From assembly GCF_009914755.1 (NCBI RefSeq), contig NC_060934.1: DNA of 64,000 bases. One strand, written 5' to 3'. A model generated the notes under the pieces. The model did not search any database and was not told where the DNA came from. It worked only from the letters and a program-made list of their open reading frames with translations. Of this stretch, positions 29,443 to 50,344 are shown in pieces. The DNA is from the human T2T-CHM13v2.0 reference genome, Homo sapiens. Each line of letters starts with the position of its first letter. The first letter of the stretch is position 1. The position numbers and the translations under genes were made by a program.

Positions 29443-31988
29443 CTTAAAAAAAACACAAGAAACAGAAACATCTTAAATGGAGACATCTTCATTTAATAAC
29501 TGCCTTTTAGAAGAAACATGAGCTAGTGTATAATAGTAATATATCCAACTATCAGTTTTCAAAAAAATGTTTTAGAAGTAAATATCCTTTCAAATGAATC
29601 ATTCTGAAGTTACTATATACACTGCACTAGACCCACATACTTCCTGATTCAATAGAAATAAAATACTTTAAGAGAGAAGGAAGGTTTCTAGGATCACGAG
29701 TTAATAAGAGAACAGTTCAAAATGCAAAGTTATAGTAGTGTAGAATGCAGTAAGGTTATGAAGCTACTTAGTAAGATTGCAGTAGATGACTACATGGTTG
29801 AAACAGAAAGATTAACTTGCAACTTGATGTTTGTTTGAGTCTTCTAGTTGCCAAAACTTTACCATAAACAACTATAAATTTTGATTTGCTATCACAGCCA
29901 GAAAAAGTTGCTAAAAGTCTTAAAAAAGAGATTGGCTAAGTGAATGTATACATATAGCACTAAAAATTTTTAACGAAATATGGTACACTTTTGTGCTAAA
30001 CTCACTTTTTCAAAGGATATTCTTGTATAGATATCCATTAGAAAATAATAAAAAATATTAAACATATTTATCTGCAGATATTCAGATATGCCTAATAAAA
30101 CAAGTCACTCTACAGAAGAGGATACTGAGATGAAAACGATCTTTAATTCACAGGTATTAAAATGGTATCAAATACTTTAACAAAGAACTGTAAGGGAAAA
30201 AACTGCTGTACCTTAATAATTTACAAAGTGCTTTCAAAATTTTCAAGTGCTTATTTAATTCTCTCTCCTAAGTATTGTTAGCCCTTTTACAAAAATCAAG
30301 AAAGTGAGAGGTTGACAGATTAGGTAAAATTTTAAGTCAAAGATCTGGGACTGAATTTATTTTTCTGATATTCCTTCTTCTACAGTTGTAACAGATTCAA
30401 CAATCCTTTGCCAGCTTTAAATATATATATATAAATCAATGAACTGTAGAAAGTATTCCATATGACCTGTAAATTAAATACTTTCATCTAGAGAAAAGTG
30501 AAGATGTTGACTGGCTATAATTTAAGGGAGGTGATGCGTAAACACTGTTTAGTAGCCATATCCATTATATGAACTTCAGTCTTTTCTAACTATTGAAGAA
30601 TAAGACTCCATATTATTTTTTCTAAATAATATAGGACATGCTTATAGAGTAACTCCAAATATGATCAGTTTTCAATTCCCATTAACAAACAGTTTACACT
30701 GGTTTGTTCCCACTACTTAACATAGCTTAGAGTCAGCCTCACACAATTCTGCATAGAATGAATAGGGACTATACTGCCCCTTAATCTTTTCTCCTCTAAG
30801 GATACAATGCAGAAACAAAATATTATTTTTTAAAAATTTGCCTGGTTTCTTCAACAAATAAATTGCAAGGAAAGGGAAAAAAAGAGCAACAATGGGGATG
30901 TACCAAATAATCACAATGTGTGGACCTTTTCTGAATCCCTTGATTTTTAAAAAATAAATCAAACCTGTTAAAATCTTCGACGTTTATAAGACAAATGAAA
31001 ACTTGAAATACCTAGTATTTTAAATTTAAAAACAATTACTTTTTTCAGAATAATGTTCCAGCATTGTTTTGTTCAAAAAAATGGATAGAATAGGGTGATG
31101 TCTGAAATTTGATAGAAGGGGGTATGGATAGCACAGGATCAGCCAAGATTTGATAGTTGTTGGGGCTGGGAGAGAGGTGAATGAAAGTTCACTGAAATAT
31201 TCTGTTTTTGTATGTGTTTGAAATTCTCCACAGAAAAGTTTAAAGAATATTTAGCCTAGGAAGAATTAAATATGTAGATGATCCACTACTGTACATACCC
31301 ATATAAAGCAAACAGCTTTGGGATTCTCTCTTGATACTTAATGGCATGGAAGTTGACGGTTGAGATAGATATGGGAATTTAACAACAAAATTCCATTCAC
31401 AAAGACATTCAACAACAGTTCATGCCATATTGTCTCACTTTCCATTCAATTTCCAAAAAGCTTGTATTTACAATACATGATTTTACTGACAGAAATGGAA
31501 ATTGCTAAAAATCGTCAAACCCCACTGGTTTGAAGGTCACACGTTGTAACATACTAAACAAAGGAAACAAAAGACTAGTAATTTCTGAAAAAGGTGCACT
31601 GAAATAGGCCACTTTTACCAGATACGAAGAACATTCTTCAAAGGAAATCAATTGTGGCTGTGGGCAACCCTCTACTGCAAACAATGCTTCCTTCTCCAGG
31701 AAAGACACACCTAAAGAATTCCATAATATGCAGTTTTCTGTCAACAAAACACCTGTGTAGCTGTAATTTCATGACAGGCATTCAGTTCAAATAAAGTTAA
31801 TACACTTGTGAAATTATCAACTTTCTATCAAAATTATTATCACTCTGCTATTATTTTCCTGGATGTATATAACTCAAAATATTGGACTGGGCCTTCTATT
31901 TATATTGCACACAATTGAATAACCAAAAACAAATATGATAAGTTGCCTAGATCCAAAAAAATTTAATGCATAACTTCAAAATAGTTAC

Positions 31989-32094
31989 CTTGCATAAAAA
32001 TCTCCTGAACCTTTTGTTCCTTTACCCAGACTTTCACTTCCTCATGAAGCTGCGGGTTGTCCCTGAGAACTGGGTTTAGGCTGTCTATGTCGTC
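31989..32094 (-). CDS. JMJD1C: JMJD1C coding exon 4 (106 nt; DDIDSLNPVLRDNPQLHEEVKVWVKEQKVQEIFMQG)
   Basis: ttctag|GAC acceptor, CAAG|gtaact donor. Translation matches recalled JMJD1C N-terminal region and phase joins exon 5. Confidence 0.95.
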
Positions 32095-32937
32095 CTAGAA
32101 TTATAGATTAAAAGAAAGGTCCATGTTACGCTCTCCTACCATTAATGTTACCGACTTTCCCTCCTATACGTTCTAAGGACTGAATAAAATTCCTTTGATC
32201 TAAATGTATGCAAAAACACAAATTCATGAGTTATAGTTCATTGGCAATTGTGTAACAAAAGAGCATAAGAAATTAATCTGTGGTAAGATTTGACCTTTGA
32301 CAACAATGTCCTAAAGTCAAAATTTGAAATTAATGTGTTTTCTAACTTTTAAAGTATAGCCTTATTCAAGTCATCTTTTTAAGGGATTCACTATTGGAAG
32401 CAATATACAAATGAAATAACATCAGGTCATTTAAAGGTGTTGGCAAAAGAACTGAGGTGAACATTTGAATGACAATAGATACATACACAGATGACTTACT
32501 GACCTTCCCATAATACTTAACCTCTAGACTTTGAAACTACTTTTATTCTGTCCTGATTTAAATGTCATCAAATTCAGTTCTACTCACAGTCATCTGACCA
32601 GTAATTTTGCTGCTAAAAATTTTATTTCTTGAAACTAGCGCCAAAGCATCCAGACAATTAAAATTACATTATTGATGGTATTACTCTCATAACAGGCTGG
32701 ATCTAGACATAGAAACAACCAATTCTCTCTCATTGGAGATGTGAATCATACAGTCACGTGATTTCCCACAATTTGCTGGTCTCCCACTGGACTCTGATAT
32801 TCTGTTCTCTCTCTCTCTCTCTCAAAGTACCTCTGCTGCTCCTGCATTTGAGATCAGCTGCAGGGACACTAGAGTAGCTGAGAAGAATAACAAACCAGCA
32901 CTGTCAAATGGCAACTATTTTTAAAGTGGACAGGCAG

Positions 32938-33233
32938 GGCCGGGCGCGGTGGCTCACGCCTGTAATCCCAGCACTTTGGGAGGCTGAGGTGGGTGGATCA
33001 CAAGGTCAGGAGATCGAGACCATCCTGGCTAACATGGTGAAACCCCATCTCTACTAAAAATACAAAAAAATATTAGCTGGGTGTGGTGGTGGGAGCCTGT
33101 AGTCCCAGCTACTGAGGATGCTGAGGCAGGAGAATGGTGTGAACCGGAAGGTGGCACTTGCAATGGGCCGAGATCACACCACTGCACTCCAGCCTGGGCG
33201 ACAGTGAGACTCCGTCTTAAAAAAAAAAAAAAA
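32938..33233 (+). mobile_element. AluY-like
   Basis: GAGATCGAGACCATCCTGGCTAAC; TSD AAAGTGGACAGGCAG. Confidence 0.9.
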
Positions 33234-33826
33234 GTGGACAGGCAGATCATGGAAACCCGTGAATAGAAAAGAGCTAAACTAAGTGAACTATATCTGATGA
33301 ATAAAAAACAATTTGGCAACTTTGAAAAGCCAAAAGGTAGCTGAAGTGTAAAAAATAAAAAAGGACCCCTAATCAAGTAGGTCATACTTCACTCTTCTCC
33401 AAAGTCTATCCAGGTAAAGTGTTTCCTTCTCATACTGCTTTTTAAGGCACTACTCTGTATTTTTAGAATAGTATTGTGGTAAATATTCTATCTGATATGT
33501 ACTTAAACATAGTGAAAGCCAACAGGCCAAAGTAAGGGCCTTTAAATTAATTATGTTCCTTGGAAAATACATAGAAGTACTGCTTTACAGCAGAAGAAAA
33601 TACCAGAATGAAAAACTGTCATACAAATAAGTAGGCAAAATCTGTCATTTTGGGAGAAAGAAATGGGCATTAACATGTCTTTCTTTACTTTGCAAAGAAA
33701 CTTTCTAGCAATCTCTTTTCTCTGCACCCCCTCAATAATACAGTACACACTTAGAAAGTCCTATCAGACTCTAACCCCCTTAATGCACACCAGCTGACAG
33801 TCTAGTCGATAACAAACAGAACATAG

Positions 33827-34132
<306 letters not shown>

Positions 34133-34231
34133 CATAGAAAACTATTTTACAAGGAAAACCATTACTATTTTCAGATATCTCTGACAGCAAGTTCTTTTAA
34201 AATTTTTCTCACTTTAAAACTTCCTTACATA

Positions 34232-35268
34232 GCACTTCCGCCAGGGAGGTCCCCCATCTGCAGTCATGAGTCATTTCAAGTTTATCGATATTGTTATCAA
34301 CTTGACTGACACCATGTTCAGAGGAATTTATAGGGGGGTTCAAAAGCATCAAGATGATTTACAGGATGTAACAGGGAGAGCTGTCGAGATTGGTGTTAAA
34401 AAGTTTATGATTACAGGTGGAAATCTACAAGACAGTAAAGATGCACTGCATTTGGCACAAACAAATCATATGTTTTTCAGTACAGCTGGATGTCATCCTA
34501 CAAGATGTGGTAAATTTGAAAAGAATAACCCTGATCTTTACTTAAAGGAGTTGCTAAATCTTGATGAAAACAATAAAGGGAAAGTTGTGGCAGTAGGAGA
34601 ATGTGGACTTGATTTTGACTGACTGCACTTTTGTCCCAAAGATACTCAACTCAAATACTGTGAAAAACAGTTTGAACTGTCAGAACAAACAAAATTACCA
34701 ATGTTTCTTCATTGTCGAAACTCACATGCTGAATTTTTGGACATAATTAAAAGAAATAGAGATCGGTGTGTAGAGGGAGTGGTGCATTCATTTGATGGTA
34801 CCAAAGAAGCAGCAGCTGCTTTGATTGACTTGGATCTTTATATAGGATTTAATGGTTGCTCACTGAAAACTGAAACTAATTTGGAAGTTTTGAAGTCAAT
34901 TCCTAGTGAAAAATTAATGATTGAGACAGATGCACCTTGGTGTGGAGTCAAAAGTACACATGCTGGATCAAAATATATAAAAACTGCATTTCCTACCAAA
35001 AAGAAGTGGGAAAGTGGGCACTGCTTAAAAGACAGAAATGAACCCTGCCATATAATTCAAATATTGGAGATAATGTCAGCAGTGAGAGACGAGGATCCAC
35101 TGGAATCAGCCAATACACTATATAACAATACTATTAAAGTATTTTTTCCTGGAATATAATTGGTATATGTCTTCCACTTTCCATCATGTATGTAAAATTT
35201 CATAGTAAAACTTACCGATAGTTTCAATAAAGAAATTATCTGCAAAAAAAAAAAAACCCAAACAAACA
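34232..35268 (+). pseudogene. TATDN1P1: Processed TATDN1 (TatD DNase domain 1) pseudogene, antisense in intron 3
   Basis: Intronless ATG 34266 to TAA 35159 with TatD motifs (GCHP, GECGLD, LHCR, VHSF, ETDAP); in-frame TGA at 34620-34622; AATAAA 35226-35231; A tail; 16-bp TSD AAAACTTCC(T/A)TACATA at 34216-34231 and 35269-35284. Confidence 0.95.
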
Positions 35269-35341
35269 AAAACTTCCATACATAACCATCCATATACCTT
35301 TTCCATAATATAGGGAATTATAAACTGTTTTTTCTGTGCTG

Positions 35342-36186
<845 letters not shown>

Positions 36187-36893
36187 TAATGGGCTCTATT
36201 TCCAAGATCATTAAACAATATACAAATATTTTTCCAACAATAAACCATTAATTATCTAGCGGAAATAGCATACCATTAAAAACTGTTAAATTGAGTCCCT
36301 TTACTGATAATGACTTTATGTAGGTTCAAACTCTGGTCTCTCAATCTCCTCATCTATAAAGCAGAGTTACTAATATTTCCCTCTTTTTCTATCTTAATAA
36401 ATGTTTTAATAAGATTTTTTCTTATGTACAAAAATTAGCTTTCTTAAAATATCTAATTCTGATTTATGACATTTGAGTGCTGAATGATGTGAACTACCTG
36501 GTTAATTAAAACCCACAAAAAGTATCCCAATGCACTGCCTGATTTATGACAGGCATTGTTGTTGAATTCCTCCCCCTCGTCTACATATAGTACTTTGTAA
36601 GTTACAGGGATTTCTGTTACATCATCATTCCCATTTTAAAGAGGATTATTAAAGGTTAAATGAGCAAATCTTGAAACAAAGCCAAATAGGTTTTTTATAT
36701 ATATATTTACTGACTTGAATAATTTTGTAAAGGTGCTAAATGTTAGACAGAAGTCAACAAGGCTGACTTACAGATAAGAGAAATTAAGGGTCTGGAATTA
36801 AAAACTAGCTATGAATATCCACTATCTTTCACAGAATTTAAAAGGTCTTCAGCTGTGCCTTGAGCTCGTGTGAGATTAAAAATCCACTTAATG

Positions 36894-39180
<2,287 letters not shown>

Positions 39181-40214
39181 GAAAAGGTTAAAATCAGGCT
39201 GGAATGTGTATTTTGACAGTAAGACTACTGTACTAACATAATTTTAGGTGATTATGTACTTTCTACTTAATTCGAAAGAAAAAAATAACCATCTAGGTAA
39301 TATAAAACATAAGCTCAGAACACTAAAATATTCAGATATGCCTAGTTAGGTTTAATGACACCAGTATTATGAAAATGTTAAAAATATACACAACTCATTT
39401 CCTAAGATAATAAGGTAGAGTGCTCCTTGCCAGTTCAAGAAATATATTATTTATGTCACACATAGTCTCATTTGACTGCTGACAAAAAACCAACAAAGGG
39501 TGGTTAGTTTCTAAGTGACAGAGAAGACTGGCTTAATAACGTAACAGATTTGCTCAAAAGTCTCAACTGATGTCTAGAGTAGCACTTTCATTTTAGGATA
39601 AAAGAAATATCACAAAACTGCAGCAGTTTCTCCTCCTTTGGACAATTTCTGATAGATAATGACTGAATGCTCACTTTCAAATTGATACTGATATGTGTGG
39701 CTTATTAATGGAATGATTTTCCCCTCTGCTATAAAACCCTTGACCTTTGTGGTAACATCCAGTGTGCTTTCTTAAATTCCATTCCATGACATAAATTTCT
39801 CCATAAAAACCATCTTTGATAGTATAAGAGTTACCATAAAAGCAATTATTTTGTATCCTGAACATCAGATTAGGTGATTGAACATGTTTTGCCATACCAG
39901 TTTCGCCAGTCATAAATTCATGGTTTAGCAAAACTACAAATAGTTGCTTGTTCTTAGATCCCTGAGATTGCTGGCAACAGTTTTAAAACGTGAATGTTAA
40001 GTCCACAAGAGTGACATTAATTTTTACCACACCACATCTTTTTAACTTATAAAAGAATCCATTTTGCTAATAAGGATTTGCTGGGACAAGAAATATATAA
40101 AGTTTGAAAGTTGCTACAGGGGTGCTCAAAAAGCAAAGCTGTCTATACCACCTGCAGTTAACTAAATGAAGGTACCGCTGAAGGCTTCCATGTATTTTCA
40201 TGAATTATAATAAG

Positions 40215-40690
40215 GGCTAGCAAACATTTTTTGTAAATGGCCAGAAAGTTAATATATTAGGCTTTATGGGCCATACCAGTTGTCACAACTACTCAACCCT
40301 GCTGTTACAGCAGAAAAGTAGCTAAAAAAATACATAAATGAATGAGCATGGCTATGTTCCAATAAATGTTTCTATATTAGCATTCTATGAAATTTGAATT
40401 TCATAGAATGTTTAGGTGTTATGACATATTCTTCTTTTTGAGTTTTTTTCAACTGTTTAAAAATCTAAAAGTAACTGGACACAGTGGCTTGTACCTCTAA
40501 TCCTAGCTACTCAGGAGGCTGAGGTGGGAGGATCCCTTATGCCCAGAAGTTCAAAGCTACAGTGAGGTATGATCACTGTAGTCACTGTACTCCACCCTGG
40601 GTGACAGAGGGAGATCCTGTCTCTAAAAAAATTAAAAAGGAAAAGATAAAAACAAGAAGCAGGCTGGATTAGCTTGTAGGTACAGTTTGC
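40215..40690 (+). mobile_element. MER58-like hAT element with an inserted Alu monomer (about 40475-40640)
   Basis: GCAAAC..TGTAAATGGCCAG..AATATATTAGGCTTTATGGGCCATA ... GCAGGCTGGATT..CAGTTTGCC. Confidence 0.7.
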
Positions 40691-42030
40691 CTTTTCCTAA
40701 TTAAAAACAACAAAACAGAACAACCAGTATGAAGCAAGATTAAAAACTTCTACATCAATGTATCAAATACAATTTTAAATATACTAATGCAATTTGATCT
40801 AACTGACTGCAAACTCTTATTTCCACAAATGCTTGAAATATATACAATCAGGAGCACAGGAAATTAAATCAATACCAAATCCTTTTCACCAGTAAAGACA
40901 AAAATATCTTAAGGTAAATACATTATTTAAACTTTCACAAGTAAATGAGTTTCCCTGATTTATTCTGGACAATGCTTAGCCTTCCAAATATAACAATATA
41001 CTTGATTTTAATGTACATAATTTAGGAAAAATTATCTAATTTGCAAGATAAGATTTCCTCCATTAGGTCAATGACTATTACATTCAGAGATTGGAATCAT
41101 CATCTTCTCTGGGCTCTCAAGTAAAGTAAAAATGAGAATATGCATTAAAAAGTAAGAGATATTATAAAGATAGTCTACCTGATTTATTAAGGACACGATA
41201 GATTAATCTCTTAAGCTCTCTATGTAGGTGTGTGTGTGTCTGAGTACATATAAATATAAATAAATACTTTTTTAAAAAAAAGGAAACATATTAAAAGATT
41301 TCACATAATTAAAAGCAAGGGGTAATTAAGTCTCCGTATACAAAATTTCATCATTTGATTAGCTGTGGTTAATTCAGACGTCTAGAATCCAGACTATCAT
41401 TTAAACTAAAGCAATAAAATGTCTATCTTTCCAAAACGTAATTATACATAAAGATTCGGATGGGGCTACTCTGGGCACACTGCCTACAGGGTAGCCCTGC
41501 TCCATGAGCAGCAGTTTAAAAAAAAACAAACAAAAAAACAGATTAAGATGGTAGGAAGAAATAGGACAACAATTTATACTATCCATGTAATTATTTTCTC
41601 ATTCATACAATCAAGAAGATAATATAAAATATGCTTAGTCTTTCTAAATTATTTACATTCTGCAACTAGATGAGACAAATTTAGTTTCTGAATAGAATTG
41701 ATGAAAGGAGTAAATATAATAAAACTCTATTTTCATTTATTGTAACTGGAAATAGTCTAGAAATGGAAGTGACATTCAGAAAATCAGAATGATGTTTAGA
41801 TTTATTTTTTTATTGGCTAAAAAAGGATTGTTGTACCAGGGGAAAACAGCAAACACCAACATTTTAATCTGTTATAATTATTACATTTTTGCATTCCAAT
41901 AATATTCTTTGCATTCGAGTTTTATTTTTATTTAGAAACAAAACAAAGTGATGAATGACTGTGATCCCACACTGATCTAAAGAAAGCAATTTCAGTAAAA
42001 GGCTATTTTAAAAAACCCAAAATAGGTTTA

Positions 42031-42905
<875 letters not shown>

Positions 42906-43580
42906 ATTTGACCACCACATATTGCCACAAAATTGTCTCCAAATGCTAGTGGGAGAAAGGAGGCTTTCTACCACACAAGGTTAATGCAATGTTATTTCAA
43001 AATATTTCTAACATAATTCTGAGTCTGTATTGTCAATTTTGGTGATGTGATTCTGTACAACACATAATATAATAAAATCTAAAAATTACCAGATTTATCA
43101 TCATTGTTAAGTTTTTAAGTTGTAAGCAGAATTTTAAATTATTATAACTTTTAAGGAACCTCTTGATTCTCTGTATACATTCCAAACATGAATATTTTAG
43201 AGCCAAGCACTTGGGACACTATTTACACACCAACACTCCCCCCTCAAGAAAAAACCTTAAACTATGCAAGCAAGATCTTAATGCACACAAATCAGAATTA
43301 AGCTGGTAGTACAGGATTCACTCAACTGTGATCCTAAATTTCTGTGATTACTTTGATTTTCTAAATAAGATGGGAAAACTGTCAGTTTAGAGAACAGAAC
43401 TGACTTCAACGGCAATTAAGCCCAGCTTTTTACAAAGCAAGCTTTAGAAGCAATGACTTACTGCAATTAGCCTGGTGGCCTTAAGAATTTCCTGCCAAAC
43501 ACAATCAAAAACACTGATTAGTTATAGAAATCAATGAGCAAGCCCGAGATCTGTATGGAATCAAATGGTGGCAGGGCCTA

Positions 43581-44240
<660 letters not shown>

Positions 44241-45796
44241 TCCTTTACCCTTAAGGGCTTATTTTCATACTGCTTCTTCTAAAGTTTTTTTTTTGTCATA
44301 GTCTTAACAATCATCTTCTCAATATATTACTATAATGTGAAGTCATCCCCTTTCTGGAACACGTTCATCTTTTCAAAGTTGTCCTGATTAAAAAACCACT
44401 GATCTTTTAAAATTGTTTAAAAGTTTCAGAAAAGAAATTTTATTAAGCCCATGAATGTTAAAAATTTTTTTAAACTGCATCTGGTCCTTTACAATGACAA
44501 CATAATTTACTTTTATCTATGAAAAGAAATGAAAAATGTAAAACTGATACTGGTTAATAATTCATTTCAGAGAGAATGAGTATAGCTAAAACCTGCAGCT
44601 TGATCCAAGAATATTAACTGTTATGAAGGAAAAAAATTCCATAGTCCTAAGAAATCTACCTAGAAGTTTGCTGTTGCTATAAGCAACCCACTGTTATATA
44701 TCCAGATATTTCAGGGATCTCTCCTTGGAACATCCATTTGGCATTGCTTGCAACTACTTATATCATTAATTACTAAGGAGGAAATGATAAAGTTTAAGAG
44801 AAGTATATGTCATGAGAAATTATGAAATGGTAAAAGGGTTCTGAATTTTAAAGTCTCAAGATTTTAACATTTTATGTACAAAGTTCTATGATGTTTCTAT
44901 GGACTCATGATTTTTCAAATTAAAATATGATTACATGAAATAACATTCCTGTGTCATTTTCATTATTTGGTATATATAAATTCACCATTAAATTAATTTC
45001 AAAGTTCATTTTCTGTTTACTTTTAAATTTTTCCTCTGTTCAAATTTTTAGCAAACCACAATTCTTGGGAACTCAAATGTTACTGCAAACTTCATTTAAA
45101 GTGAAAAAGAAAACTACAATGCTGTCTAATTCCACTGAATATTTTAAGTTATTCTCTCTCAGTTAATTTTGACATTCTGATCTAGAAAAGTGACTCTGAC
45201 CTGAAGGCTTTCACAAAAATTATCAATACAAAAACAAACAAGCAAACACACTACAATTTAATGGAATCTCAAGGCTGAAAAGGTTGCCACAATTTTAGTT
45301 AATCCTTTATAGTTAAAAATGTGTCCAATTAACCTGCATAGTCTAAAATATGCTCAACTGAGCACCACTGTTTTCAAACTCTTCACAGCATATTAATAAC
45401 CTGATTTACTTCTTAAGCATATTTCCCTAAGGATAAAAGAGTACAGTCATTTTAACTCTTAGAAAAGCACTGTCTGTAACATTAGCACTGATAAAATTAG
45501 ACTTAAAAAAAAATTTTAAACTTCATGTCTAACAACACCCAAAAAAACAAATCTCAAATTATAATCACATTAAAACACACCAGGCAAACAAAACAGAATT
45601 AATGACAAATACAAGGGTATTTTAATATAATTGTTTTCATTATATTCGTCAGAATTTATGTCCTGGAATTAAAATATCCCCCAAATGAAATCTACTTAAG
45701 CAATGGGATACAGCCTTAAAAATATTTTATCTTGGCTCAAATGATCACAAACAGAACCATAAAAACATTCCTTTTACTTTTCCAACTAGAAAGATT

Positions 45797-45890
45797 TTAT
45801 ATATATATGTATCTCCATATATACATATTATATATATATATATATCCACACACGCGCGTGCACACACACACACACACACACACCACCACC
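45797..45890. repeat. Compound (TA)n/(CG)n/(CA)n microsatellite
   Basis: Direct reading of the sequence. Confidence 0.9.
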
Positions 45891-46244
45891 AGGATATATA
45901 ACAGATATTACCAGTAATTTCTTTAGCTGAGTTATGAATAATCTACTTTGCTATGCTTTTATGTATTTTTCTGGAAGTTTTTTATTTTGCAATGACCATG
46001 TTTTGCTTTTATAATGAGAAAAAGAAACATTTAAGATGAAAAAGACTGATGCCAACAATTTATTCACAGTAATACTAATTTCCTTTGTTACAAAGTTTCA
46101 ACAAAAAATGCAATATAATCTGACAGTTAAATATGATAAGCATACTCCATAGAAACCTAGCTAATTTAGAAATTTTGTTGGTAATGATAACAGAGTAAAA
46201 TGAAAATACTCTTTGCATTCTTTTAAATACTCACATTAAAAGGT

Positions 46245-47684
<1,440 letters not shown>

Positions 47685-48938
47685 TTATCTATTTAACAGT
47701 TAAGCATATTTACTTGCCACTGTAAATTAAAAGATTTTTTAAATTGTCACAAGAGAAGCACTTTCACAAAGATTAACCTCATTTAATCCTAACAATACCT
47801 CTGCTATTTTGATATTATTAGGTAATTTCTCCAAAATCACACAGCTAGAAGGCAAATCAGCAAAGGTCTGTCTAATGTCAAAGCACTTCCCACATACCCT
47901 TTTCCCCATCCATGCGCTTGCATAATCAAAATTTTGCATGCTCTCTGCTAGGTTTTCAATAACTTACCTACATTATTAGGAATATGGTCACATAAAAAGG
48001 AAGATGACCCAATTTATCCAATCATTTTATTGTTATTTTTAAAAACAGAAAATGACGTAGCTAAATTAAAACCAGGTTAGAAGAATATGGTATTCCAAGA
48101 CTAGAAATGGATATCATAAATAGATTATATAATTTATGAAAATCCTCAAGAGTAATTTTGGAATTGGATATACTATCTTAATATACATGTCCTATTACAT
48201 CAAATCACAACAAACAACTGTGTATCTTGCTTTATCTATTCGGTTACAGCAATATTACATTAACAGCTATTAACTAGCTTTTTTATTAATTAAAAATAAC
48301 TACTAATAGGGTTTCTTGGTTGATCACCCAACTGAAACCTATCTTTCATAACAATATTCCCTTGAATAAACTTGATCCAGACCTGTAATATTCCTGCATT
48401 TTAACTACAATTTGCTAAGTGTCATTGGTATAAGGTCCGCTCCTCTCAGAATAACCAGAGTAAAAAAATCAGATAAATTAAGAAAACATTATAAAACCAC
48501 TTGAAGAAAACTGTGTTTTCTTCTAAAGCCACATGTTAATATTCTTTGTGATACTTTTAATAATAGTTTTGAACTTTTTATGGCAGTTCAAAAGTCTGGA
48601 AGGCAGTTTTTCTTTCAAGCTATTTATTGGCATGACTTTTACACAGTTGAGTCATCATGAGTTTAACCTACTGAGTCACCTGCTTACAGCATCTGCCAAC
48701 CACAATTTACTAACTGCAGCTTCCTCAAACTTAAACTGAAACAAACTCAGGAAGGCCTGGGAACTGTTTAATATTTTCCAAAGTAGTAACTGAAAATATT
48801 CCTCCAGCACAACCCAAGCTTTAAGAAGTAAAAAATTCCTGGGAAGCTGGGGAGGGAGGTCAACAACAAAAAAGAAGTAAAATTATATACTTGTATAAAG
48901 TATTCTACTGAAAATTCCTGTGCACAAACTAATACTGA

Positions 48939-49455
<517 letters not shown>

Positions 49456-49749
49456 TAAAAAAAATTTTTTTTTAATATACAGTGCAATGAATGTAACTTC
49501 CAAATTAATACCACATCGAAGTTTTTTGGGCTGATTTTCACTTTTAGCATATAGTGCTATGGAAATGATGAATCTATAAATGAACTATAGTACCATACTT
49601 CTATTTTCTCAGAAAGAACGAATACAATCCAGTACAAATTGGAATGATCAGCAAGACTTGCTAGACTTGCCCAGTGACTTAGTCTTTTATGACACCTATT
49701 TGAGTCCATCCACTTCCTTCACTGAGGTCTTTGTAGAGCAATTACAAAT

Positions 49750-49958
49750 ACAGGTTGTATCCAAAATGCTTGGAGTCAGAAGTGTTTCAGATTTCAGATT
49801 TTTAAAAATTCTGTAACATTTGCATTACGCTTAGTAGTTGAGCACACATAATTAGAAAATCTGAAATCCAAAATGCTCCAATGAGCACTTCCTTTGAGTG
49901 TTTCAGATTCTGGGGTTTTTCAGATTTTAGATTTTTGGATTAGGGATACTCAACCTGT
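49750..49958. mobile_element. Tigger4/MER46-like TcMar DNA transposon
   Basis: Ends CAGGTTG..CAACCTG flanked by TA; internal AAATCTGAAATCCAAAATGCTCCAATGAGC. Confidence 0.75.
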
Positions 49959-49999
49959 ACATAAGAAATGTGTTAAATTACACAAAAAGAAAAAAAGGC

Positions 50000-50344
<345 letters not shown>

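Noticed and set aside
30400-31760. ORFs 30717..30962 and 31505..31747 in intron 4
   Set aside because: No recognisable protein or splice structure; the region looks like degraded old L1 (L1MC/ME-type) that I cannot assign confidently.
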